A stretch of DNA of 64,000 nt from a candidate division WS6 bacterium GW2011_GWF2_39_15 (lineage in GTDB: Bacteria > Patescibacteriota > Dojkabacteria > SC72): positions 300,208 to 364,207 of the forward strand of contig LBWK01000001.1 of NCBI GenBank assembly GCA_000993565.1, written 5' to 3'. Below the pieces are notes generated by a model. The model had not been told where the DNA came from. It made no database searches and saw only the letters and a program-made list of their open reading frames with translations. Shown one piece after another: positions 11,681 through 19,979 of this stretch; the stretch's first letter is position 1, and the number at the start of each line of letters is the position of its first letter. The translations under genes were made by a program, and so were the position numbers.

Positions 11681-14461
11681 ATGAACGACGAGAAGGATAA
11701 GATTGTGAAATTGGCAACAGAACAGGATCCAGAAACAAATACACCAGAAACTCCACCAGTGGTTGAAACAGAATCAGAAGACGGAGGAGATGATGAAGGA
11801 CTTTCATTTAATACAGAGTTCAAACCAGGTGAGATAGCAGACAGTTCCATTTCAGATGAGATGAAGACCCGCTACATCGACTACTCAATGTCCGTAATTG
11901 TTTCAAGAGCACTTCCTGAGGTAAAAGATGGTTTGAAACCGTCGCAGAGAAGAATTCTCGTTGCAATGAACGACATGAACCTGATTCCTTCCGCGCACTA
12001 CAGAAAATCAGCAAAAATAGCGGGTGATACTTCAGGTAACTACCACCCGCATGGAGAGGTCGTTATCTATCCTACAATGGTTAAAATGGCTCAGGATTTT
12101 TCAACCCGATACCCGTTAGTAGACGGGCAGGGAAATTTTGGTTCAGTAGACGGGGACCCTGCGGCTGCAATGAGATACACGGAAGCCAAGATGTCAAAAA
12201 TTACAGTGGAACTCCTTCGAGACCTTGAGAAGGGAACCGTCCCTTTTATTCCTAACTATGACGGTACAAGACTGGAACCCACTGTTCTTCCTGCTGCAAT
12301 TCCACAGCTTCTGGCAAACGGAAGCGATGGTATAGCCGTTGGTATGGCAACAAAAATTCCTCCTCACAACCTCACAGAACTAATTACCGCACTGCGCGAA
12401 ATGATCAAGAGAGGAAACAAGTGGGAAGGAAAAGCTATCTATAACGAGCTCAGACTTGATAGAGAAAAGGGAGAGAGAATCCCTATGACCCTCGACCCCA
12501 GACCAGTTGACTACCTTGGCAACTATATAAATAAATATAGTCTGGAGTATGAAAAGCAGAGAGAAGCAATTGCTCTTCGCATTAAAACCGACGAGCGTCT
12601 GTACCCTGAATTCAAATCTGAAATAACGCCTGAAGAACTCATCAACATAATTCCCGGACCTGACTTTCCCACAGGAGGAACTATTTATGACAGGAATGAG
12701 ATTCTGAATGCATATTCAACCGGTAGAGGAAGGATTCTTCAAAGGGCGAAAGCATCTATTGAAGAGGGAAAGAAAGGCAGATACGAGATAATTGTAACTG
12801 AGATACCTTTCCAGGTTAATAAAGCATACCTGACCGAAAAGATTGCTGATTTGGTGAAAGAGAAGAAGGTTGAAGGTATTGCAGATATCCGTGACGAGTC
12901 TAACAGAGAGGGGATGAGAGTTGTAATAATCCTGAAAAAGGATGTCCAGCCGAAAACAGTCCTAAACAAGCTCTACAAGTTTACAGAGATGCAAAAGGTC
13001 TTCAATGCCAATATGATTGCCCTTGTTGAGCAGGAGCCAAAGACACTTCCTCTAAAACAGATGCTGGAGCTATTTTTAAGCTTCAGAATCTCAGTTGTAA
13101 TTAGAAGATTTGAGTTTGATTTAGCAGAGGCAAGGTATAGAGGACATATACTTGAAGGCCTGCTTAAAGCACTAGATATTCTTGATGACATTATTGCCAC
13201 AATACGAGGTTCAAAAACCCAGGAAGAGGCCAAAACCAACCTTATTTCCAAATTTGACTTTACAGAGGTACAGGCACAGGCCATTCTTGAGATGCAGCTC
13301 AGAAAACTCGCTGCTCTGGAGAGAGAGAAACTGCAGGATGAATATAAAGAATTAGGTGAAAAGATTAAAGAGTATACCTTAACCCTTGCAGACCCAATTA
13401 AGATCCTTGGAGTGATCGACGCAGAATTATCCGAGATCGTTGAGAAACACGGTGACGCAAGAAGATCTAAAGTCATTAAAGGCAAGATTGATGAAATTTC
13501 TGAGGAGGATATGGTCGCGGCTGAAAATACACTAGTAACCTTGAGCCACTCGGGATACATAAAGAGGATTCCTCCTGATACATACAGGACTCAGAATAGA
13601 GGAGGAAAGGGTATTACAGGTGCCACGACAAAGGAAGATGACTGGATCTCGCACGCCATTTTGTGCAATACACATGATGACTTGATGTTCTTCAGCAACA
13701 GGGGAAGAGTATTCAGAATAAGGGCATTTGAGATCCCAGAGTATGGAAGAACAGCTAAAGGCCTTCCGATTGTGAACCTCATCTCTTTGGAACAGGGTGA
13801 ATTGATCACAAGCGTTCTTAATATCAGCAGGAACAGTGACGAATCAGGAGTTACATATAAGTTCCTTTTCATGGCTACGAAAAAAGGGACAGTCAAAAAG
13901 ACTGACATTAAAGACTTCGAAAAGATTAGAGCAACCGGATTAATAGCAGCAAAGCTCGAAGGAAGCGACGAACTGCTCAAAGTGATTCCAACCTCAGGGG
14001 AAAGTGAGATCATTATGGTAACAAGAGAAGGTAAGTCAATCAGGTTTAAAGAGGAGGATGTAAGGCCGACAGGAAGGGCTACGATGGGAGTACGCGGTAT
14101 TAAGTTTGCCAAAGACAATGATGAAGTGATATCCATGGATGTTATGGTATCAGAAGAGGGTAATTTCTTTACCCTTTCTGAAAAAGGCTTTGGAAAGATG
14201 AGTAAATTAAGTGATTACACTCTGCAGGGCAGAGGAGGATCAGGTATCTTTACCTTTAGGGTAACCGATAAGACAGGAAAGTTGGTAGTTGCAAAAATTG
14301 TTGATAATAAAGACGAAAGTGAAATAGTCGTGATATCAGAAAACGGCGTAATTATAAGAACGGAGATGAAAAACCTTCCTATTCTTCAGCGCCAAACCTC
14401 GGGAGTAAAAATTATGAATGTCGCAACAGAGGATAAAGTTTCTGCAATTGCCGTAATTTAG
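11681..14461 (+). CDS. gyrA: DNA gyrase subunit A (with acidic N-terminal extension)
   Basis: [22 protein letters not shown] (catalytic Tyr region) and [23 protein letters not shown] are present, with C-terminal beta-pinwheel repeats; 926 aa. Confidence 0.95.
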   Translation: MNDEKDKIVKLATEQDPETNTPETPPVVETESEDGGDDEGLSFNTEFKPGEIADSSISDEMKTRYIDYSMSVIVSRALPEVKDGLKPSQRRILVAMNDMNLIPSAHYRKSAKIAGDTSGNYHPHGEVVIYPTMVKMAQDFSTRYPLVDGQGNFGSVDGDPAAAMRYTEAKMSKITVELLRDLEKGTVPFIPNYDGTRLEPTVLPAAIPQLLANGSDGIAVGMATKIPPHNLTELITALREMIKRGNKWEGKAIYNELRLDREKGERIPMTLDPRPVDYLGNYINKYSLEYEKQREAIALRIKTDERLYPEFKSEITPEELINIIPGPDFPTGGTIYDRNEILNAYSTGRGRILQRAKASIEEGKKGRYEIIVTEIPFQVNKAYLTEKIADLVKEKKVEGIADIRDESNREGMRVVIILKKDVQPKTVLNKLYKFTEMQKVFNANMIALVEQEPKTLPLKQMLELFLSFRISVVIRRFEFDLAEARYRGHILEGLLKALDILDDIIATIRGSKTQEEAKTNLISKFDFTEVQAQAILEMQLRKLAALEREKLQDEYKELGEKIKEYTLTLADPIKILGVIDAELSEIVEKHGDARRSKVIKGKIDEISEEDMVAAENTLVTLSHSGYIKRIPPDTYRTQNRGGKGITGATTKEDDWISHAILCNTHDDLMFFSNRGRVFRIRAFEIPEYGRTAKGLPIVNLISLEQGELITSVLNISRNSDESGVTYKFLFMATKKGTVKKTDIKDFEKIRATGLIAAKLEGSDELLKVIPTSGESEIIMVTREGKSIRFKEEDVRPTGRATMGVRGIKFAKDNDEVISMDVMVSEEGNFFTLSEKGFGKMSKLSDYTLQGRGGSGIFTFRVTDKTGKLVVAKIVDNKDESEIVVISENGVIIRTEMKNLPILQRQTSGVKIMNVATEDKVSAIAVI

Positions 14462-14482
14462 TTTAATTGTTAACGATTTCAA

Positions 14483-15100
14483 ATGAGACAGTTACTAATT
14501 AATAAGCTGATTACGGATAAGAAGGTATTAAGTCTCCTGACGCTTAACGACTTCGGAACCTGGTCAAGTGCGAGTCTCTCAGGAATTATATTTCCACTCT
14601 TCTCTATATCACAAATTAAAGGTGCTGATCTAACAGATGTTGGACTATCATCCCTAGTATTCTTAGGTGTAAGTGCTGCTCTCAATCTTCCTTTAGGAAA
14701 GGCTATGGATAGGCTTAAAGGGTACGTGGATGAAACCTATATTCTCGTAGCCTCCTCGGTGCTTAGAGGCATTGCCCTAATTCTTCTCGCCTATTCAACT
14801 TCACTCGCAGCATTATACTTCTATCAAATAATACTGGGAATCGCTCGGTCAATGAACTATGTTTCCTGGAGGGTTCTATTTAGCAAGTACCTGGATCCCA
14901 AGCATGTAGGGGAGCAGTGGAGCGTTTATGACTCGGTTATCGCCATTGGCCTTGGTATAGCAACGTTTATAGGCGGCTACATGGGTGATAATTTCCCGTA
15001 TTCATATGTAATTCTTGTTGCAGGTCTAGTCTCTATTGTTGGAGGCGTATTTCCTCTATTTATTGTAAAGGACGTGAAAGAGATTGCTGAAGAGAAATAA
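14483..15100 (+). CDS. membrane protein, unknown function
   Basis: Six predicted hydrophobic segments. Confidence 0.35.
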   Translation: MRQLLINKLITDKKVLSLLTLNDFGTWSSASLSGIIFPLFSISQIKGADLTDVGLSSLVFLGVSAALNLPLGKAMDRLKGYVDETYILVASSVLRGIALILLAYSTSLAALYFYQIILGIARSMNYVSWRVLFSKYLDPKHVGEQWSVYDSVIAIGLGIATFIGGYMGDNFPYSYVILVAGLVSIVGGVFPLFIVKDVKEIAEEK

Positions 15101-15128
15101 ACGGGTAATGAAATGATATACTCAAGTT

Positions 15129-16028
15129 ATGGAAATAACGTTAAACAGAGAGAGTAAAGAGAGAAGGATCGGCATTCTTTTTATTCGTCTTTTTATACCC
15201 CTCCTGTTACTTTTTACTGTCCTTTCTGTAGGGCTATGGAAATATTCATACATCTTTGGACGTTCCAATGAAACAGAGAAGGATGTACCCGTATTAAAAG
15301 TAGGGGAGAGAAATGAAACGAGCCTACTCAAACCTCTTCCAATTCCACAACCTTCTATCAAGAAAATTGTCGTGCCTGTAGCGCCTAAGAGTGCCGGAAC
15401 AAGTACCGCAGGCTGGTGGAAATATCCAAACGTGATTAAGGAAACAACTAGGTCAGGTGACGATTTATTAGTGTTAGTGAATAAAGAGTATAGATTACCT
15501 TCTACATACGTTCCTGCAGGTTTGGTTTATGCTAATACTAGCGGGATCAGGGTAACTACAAAAGCAAGCTACATGTTAAGGAGTATTGTAATTGAAGATT
15601 TAAGGGAGCTTAATAATGATGCAAAGAAGGCAGGGTTGAACTTGAGTGTGATATCGGGTTATCGGTCGTATGCAGCTCAATCCGGCACCTATAACTACTG
15701 GGTTAATTACAACGGCGGCAACTATGATGTAGTGGACCAGATATCCGCCAGGCCGGGACACAGCCAGCATCAGCTTGGTACAGCCATGGATTTTTCAAGT
15801 AGTGAGATAGGGGACAGGCTGGGAAGTGAGTTTACAGATACGAAGGCAGGTAAGTGGTTAGCCGCAAATGCATGGAAGTATGGATTTGTGATTTCATATC
15901 CAAAGGGGTGGGAAGCGGTAACAGGGTATACTTATGAGAGCTGGCATTACAGATACATAGGGAGAGAGAATGCCAAAGAGATGGTAGAGAGTGGTATCAT
16001 ATTGGAAGATTATTTAAAAAATAAGTAA
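15129..16028 (+). CDS. peptidase M15 (VanY-like D-alanyl-D-alanine carboxypeptidase family), membrane-anchored
   Basis: SGYRSYAAQ...HSQHQLGTAMDF...ESWHYRYIG are M15B motifs, with an N-terminal TM helix. Confidence 0.7.
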   Translation: MEITLNRESKERRIGILFIRLFIPLLLLFTVLSVGLWKYSYIFGRSNETEKDVPVLKVGERNETSLLKPLPIPQPSIKKIVVPVAPKSAGTSTAGWWKYPNVIKETTRSGDDLLVLVNKEYRLPSTYVPAGLVYANTSGIRVTTKASYMLRSIVIEDLRELNNDAKKAGLNLSVISGYRSYAAQSGTYNYWVNYNGGNYDVVDQISARPGHSQHQLGTAMDFSSSEIGDRLGSEFTDTKAGKWLAANAWKYGFVISYPKGWEAVTGYTYESWHYRYIGRENAKEMVESGIILEDYLKNK

Positions 16029-16031
16029 GAA

Positions 16032-16676
16032 GTGAATAAGAAAAGAGTTTTAAACAAGATCCTTAATTGGTATATACTCGTGGGAGTAGTTATGCTCGTA
16101 GTAGCAACCTTATTTATTCTCTCCCCGATTTATCCTTATATCTGGTTCCAAATAAATAATGATGCTTTAGCCAAAGAGCAAGCAAATGTAGTCACTCTCA
16201 TCAACAATATAGATGAAGAGGAAAGAAGTAATACAGCTCCGGAAACTCCAGATCTACCGTCATTTGATTCATCACTTACATCTACAAACACCCTTTTAAT
16301 TCCCTCCATTGGAGTTGTAGGAGCAATAAATGAAAATTCTATTCCGGAAAACGGACTTTCTAAAGGTGTATGGAGAGTTTCTGAATGGGGAGATCCAATT
16401 AATAACACAAACCCGATTATTCTTGCTTCACATAGATTTGGTTATTTAGCCTGGAGTAACAGTTATAGAAAGAAGAATTCATTTGAGAACCTTCCTAAAA
16501 CTAAAGTAGGGGATACCATAGAGATAATATGGGAACAGAGAAGATTTAGATATAAAATATATAAAGTGGAAGAGAATACTAAGATTGCTGATTATAAAGC
16601 CAACCTCATTCTTTACACTTGTAAAACACTAAACTCAGAGATTAGAGTTTTTAGATATGCTATGAGAGTAGAATAA
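16032..16676 (+). CDS. sortase family transpeptidase
   Basis: N-terminal TM helix, catalytic His in ILASHR and Cys in LILYTCK (TLxTC-like). Confidence 0.7.
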   Translation: MNKKRVLNKILNWYILVGVVMLVVATLFILSPIYPYIWFQINNDALAKEQANVVTLINNIDEEERSNTAPETPDLPSFDSSLTSTNTLLIPSIGVVGAINENSIPENGLSKGVWRVSEWGDPINNTNPIILASHRFGYLAWSNSYRKKNSFENLPKTKVGDTIEIIWEQRRFRYKIYKVEENTKIADYKANLILYTCKTLNSEIRVFRYAMRVE

Positions 16677-16677
16677 A

Positions 16678-17895
16678 CTAAGCAGCAAATGATAAAGGTT
16701 GGGAACTCTTCTCGACTTTCGATCCCTTAGGTATAGAACTTCCGCCAGCAATTATTCCGGCAAGGTCAAACAAACCCCATGGGAGAGGTTGATAAAGAGA
16801 TATAAAATTAGCGGTGAAGTTAGCATTTATTATTTCCTGATTTTGACTTAATTCACCAATCCGAAATCCTTTTCTTCTAATGTAATCTGAGAAGACTGCC
16901 TGAACATATGTAGAGTGAGACTCATTCGCCAACAATGAATGATATTGTTTTCCTAACGCAGTATTAATATCTCTGGACATAATATAACCACCTGCATTTA
17001 CCAAAATAGAGGGAAGTAAATACCATCCATTTACTCCGAAAGCCATAAGAATACTTAATATATCTATCACCTGAAATCTTTTCTGAGTGATTATGAACTC
17101 TCTGGACCTATTCGAGACTTCCGGATATTTATATGCAAACCAACTATGTGCTGCTTCATGTGCGAGAATCTCTGCTGGGGTTAATATCTCACGATATACT
17201 TTATCTGAAAAGAAGGAATTCATAATATGAATCCTATTCCCATCGATCCCCATTCCAGCTCTCAATAATGATGGCCTAAGAATATATTCATACCATTTAA
17301 ATCTCGCAAATACGATTTCCGCATTCGGGATAAGAGAATTAATATCAAGAGTATTCCCATTTGGAGACGTTTGATAAAAACCGACAGTACTTAAATACTT
17401 ATCCGGCGACGACGTTCCTGATTTTAGATCAAATACAATGTCTACATTGTTGTTGCCAGGAATATCATAATTTATCCTTAATAATCCATTAGATACAGCA
17501 CCTTTGAAATCTCCACCCTTCATTGACCTAAACATCGTTTTCAAATTGTCTTCAGTGCTTGTACTTAAGCCATCTCCCGCAATTATATGTGGATCCAATG
17601 TTCCTACATCCTGTAGGGGAGTTTCCCAGAGAAACATGGTCTCATTACCATATTTTTCTCTGAAGAGTTCACCAGGAGCTGTTTTTTCAATTCTTACACC
17701 TTTAAAATATTCAATTACCTCATCAGCTTCCGGAAGATGATCCTTAACAAAATCAGCATCTGTTCCCGGAGGGGTTTGCCAGTTTTCCCTGACTTGTTTT
17801 AATCCAGCAGAGTATGCGTAAGTATTATTCATATCGTAATTATAAACTATTGCATCCAAATTAACTATAGGGTATAATTCTCCCAGATATTTCAT
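16678..17895 (-). CDS. putative zinc metallopeptidase (HEAAH motif)
   Basis: LAHEAAHSWF is an HExxH motif; otherwise unassigned. Confidence 0.4.
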   Translation of the reverse strand: MKYLGELYPIVNLDAIVYNYDMNNTYAYSAGLKQVRENWQTPPGTDADFVKDHLPEADEVIEYFKGVRIEKTAPGELFREKYGNETMFLWETPLQDVGTLDPHIIAGDGLSTSTEDNLKTMFRSMKGGDFKGAVSNGLLRINYDIPGNNNVDIVFDLKSGTSSPDKYLSTVGFYQTSPNGNTLDINSLIPNAEIVFARFKWYEYILRPSLLRAGMGIDGNRIHIMNSFFSDKVYREILTPAEILAHEAAHSWFAYKYPEVSNRSREFIITQKRFQVIDILSILMAFGVNGWYLLPSILVNAGGYIMSRDINTALGKQYHSLLANESHSTYVQAVFSDYIRRKGFRIGELSQNQEIINANFTANFISLYQPLPWGLFDLAGIIAGGSSIPKGSKVEKSSQPLSFAA

Positions 17896-17907
17896 ATATC
17901 ATTAATT

Positions 17908-18159
17908 ATGAGAAATACTAAATTACAATCTATATTTGCAGTTGCCATATTAGCAATGGTTTTCTTTTTTGCTATAAACGGTAATACATTTGCAAGTGGA
18001 TATGGTCCTTACGGGCCTTATGGTCCATACGGTCCTCATAATCCCGTTGATGCAAGTATTGTAAATACAGATGTATTTTCTATAGTTGGTCTTTCTTTGT
18101 ATGGAGCAGGTAGTGCATTAATTGCAAATGCTTCAAAGCTCAAGAAACTTATTAAGTAA
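17908..18159 (+). CDS. small secreted GYGPY-repeat protein with C-terminal hydrophobic segment + basic tail (cell-wall sorting-signal-like)
   Basis: Signal peptide, (GPY)4 repeats, then FSIVGLSLYGAGSALIANA followed by SKLKKLIK. Confidence 0.4.
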   Translation: MRNTKLQSIFAVAILAMVFFFAINGNTFASGYGPYGPYGPYGPHNPVDASIVNTDVFSIVGLSLYGAGSALIANASKLKKLIK

Positions 18160-18252
18160 TACTCATTTCCTGACCTTTCCTTGTTTATTGCCCTTTAACA
18201 ACTGATCTATGTCATTAGTGTAAGTTCGGTTAACTAGAAAAGGAGAACCCCC

Positions 18253-18486
18253 ATGATACTTGATTTGATTTCCCCCATTTTACTGTCACTTTGGTATTTT
18301 GTGATTACCTTGGGAGGCTTCTACGCCTTCTACATTGTGGTCACATCATCCTTAGTGGCAAAGAGTAAGGTGAAGCTAGTATTAATCTTAGCGTGCTTGC
18401 AAAGCGTTGTAATACCGATCATGATATCGGCTACACCCGCTGGGCTACACGCTTTGAGAGATCTTCTCACCCTACTTTTATCTTAA
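18253..18486 (+). CDS. small membrane protein
   Basis: Two hydrophobic helices; weak. Confidence 0.3.
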   Translation: MILDLISPILLSLWYFVITLGGFYAFYIVVTSSLVAKSKVKLVLILACLQSVVIPIMISATPAGLHALRDLLTLLLS

Positions 18487-19160
18487 CCGTCGTGCACTAT
18501 CAGGTGCGTTTTTAGAAATAGAGACGCACCTGCGGTTAATCCTTATATTAATGATATAGACTACATTAACCTATAGTATTTACATTTAAGACAGTATGTA
18601 CTATAATGTAACTAGCAATTTAACAATTAAATAGATTAACTTAAATCTGGTGCGCTTAAATCCTAAAAGGATTTCCAGATATAAATTAGTGATTAAAGAA
18701 ATAAGCGCCACATGTAAAACTGTGGCGCTTTCTTTAATCATTGTAAGTTGGTCAGAAAAATACATATAGAATTACATTTAAGCGAATGTAGTACTAAATG
18801 TTTCTGACCAGCTTAGAATGAAAATATAGAGGATACATAGATTAATGTTAAAAGAATATTTTTACATTAAATATGTCTCTTTTAGAAATAAAAGGACAAG
18901 TTCTTTTAAAAGCCTGATATATGATAATAGTAGTATATTTATATACTCAAATTACATATTTGATGGCAACACTCGTTGAAAAAGAATCGGACGGAAAGAT
19001 GGAAGGTATAGGATGTATAGAGTTACATCTCTTCATCGGATAAAGAGTTTTATTATTAGAATTTTTTATCTGATGAAGAGCACGCAGTGCTCTAGAAAAT
19101 CCTTTGCCACGAGGGGGAAACACCCTTCATACCATCAGGTGGCCAACAAACAACTACCAA
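18487..19160. other. ~670-bp AT-rich non-coding region dense in hairpins and a ~30-nt direct repeat
   Basis: Bulged hairpin at 18487-18545 (ttaaccg..caggtgcgt/acgcacctgcggttaa). A ~19-bp-stem hairpin at 18691-18741 (gattaaagaaataagcgccaca / tgtggcgctttctttaatc). An inverted repeat at 18747-18812 (gttggtcagaaa / tttctgaccagc). Direct repeats at 18578-18610 and 18770-18800 (ttacatttaag...gta.tactaaatg). Confidence 0.5.
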
Positions 19161-19170
19161 GGAGGTAGTG

Positions 19171-19899
19171 ATGAAACCCATGACCGTTATTTCAAGTCTG
19201 GTTCTTTTTGCTGTTCTGCTGACTGCATGCAATATCGGCGCGGTTCAATCCGTTTCTGGCGACGTCTCCGCTTGCGGTGGCGTTGTTTCCATGAACGCTG
19301 ATGGAACCTTTACGGCAGATGTCGGCACGATCGTGTACACGATTGGTGGGATCACCCTTCACTATGAAGATGGAGATCCTCTCAAGCTTAACGCTGGGCA
19401 GTTTGCCACAGTCACTGAGCTTGTGACAATCAATCCCACGGCTGGAACCATCACTGGTAAAGTGATTCCAGGCGTCGGTACACCTCCTGCCTGCGTTGTA
19501 GCAGCTGCAGCTATCGTTCCTGCAACCATGACGCCTCAACCGGTTTCGACCGAGTTGGACTTCGTGCTTGCACACGGGGCGCACTTTGCGGATTACATCA
19601 CACCTGGCCGCGACTACCGCGAGCTGTCCGTGATGGACGTCTACAATGCGCTGAAAGCGTATGGATACGAGGACACCGATTTTCTGGTCATTGCCCACTC
19701 AGATGAAGTGCGCGAATGGCAGGAATCTCGGCTTCTCGCGAAATCCTTCGATGCCGGAAAGGCCCTCATTGCCGTTGGCGAGGTGAAGAACCTTAAATCT
19801 GACAAAGCTTTCATGCTGGTCAGTGCCAATGTGTATGATGGTCCGAATGACATCAATGGGAATCCGCTTGAGGTCTTCGACCCCACGCCCAACGAGTGA
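19171..19899 (+). CDS. lipoprotein of unknown function, GC-rich (horizontally acquired)
   Basis: Strong SD aaggaggt 8 nt upstream of the ATG. MKPMTVISSLVLFAVLLTAC has an LTAC lipobox. By eye GC is >50% against ~37% in the surroundings. Confidence 0.6.
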   Translation: MKPMTVISSLVLFAVLLTACNIGAVQSVSGDVSACGGVVSMNADGTFTADVGTIVYTIGGITLHYEDGDPLKLNAGQFATVTELVTINPTAGTITGKVIPGVGTPPACVVAAAAIVPATMTPQPVSTELDFVLAHGAHFADYITPGRDYRELSVMDVYNALKAYGYEDTDFLVIAHSDEVREWQESRLLAKSFDAGKALIAVGEVKNLKSDKAFMLVSANVYDGPNDINGNPLEVFDPTPNE

Positions 19900-19968
19900 T
19901 CCATATCACCGCTCCCTAACTTATCTCTGAAAGGAGGTTAAAAAATAAGTTTAGGGAGCGGTGGATCA
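19897..19968. terminator. long inverted repeat between convergent genes (possible bidirectional terminator or island boundary)
   Basis: tgatcca(tat)caccgctccctaa ...32-nt loop... ttagggagcggtggatca. Confidence 0.4.
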
Positions 19969-19979
19969 TTCAAAAGAAT

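Noticed and set aside
12973-14136. Long antisense ORFs (195 aa and 181 aa) inside gyrA, and similar antisense ORFs inside gyrB (8186-9238)
   Set aside because: They are fully embedded opposite a highly conserved housekeeping CDS, with Ser/Leu-rich low-complexity translations typical of antisense frames of AT-rich genes; they are spurious.
18487-19160. CRISPR array in the repeat-rich non-coding region
   Set aside because: Only two copies of the ~30-nt direct repeat are present, with irregular spacing (~160 nt); the other repeats are inverted (hairpins); no cas genes are nearby.
19104-19698. ORFs 19104..19301 (+) and 19192..19698 (-) overlapping the GC-rich lipoprotein gene
   Set aside because: The out-of-frame and antisense overlaps are a consequence of the high GC of the acquired gene reducing stop-codon frequency. 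The lipoprotein frame has the SD, signal peptide and lipobox.
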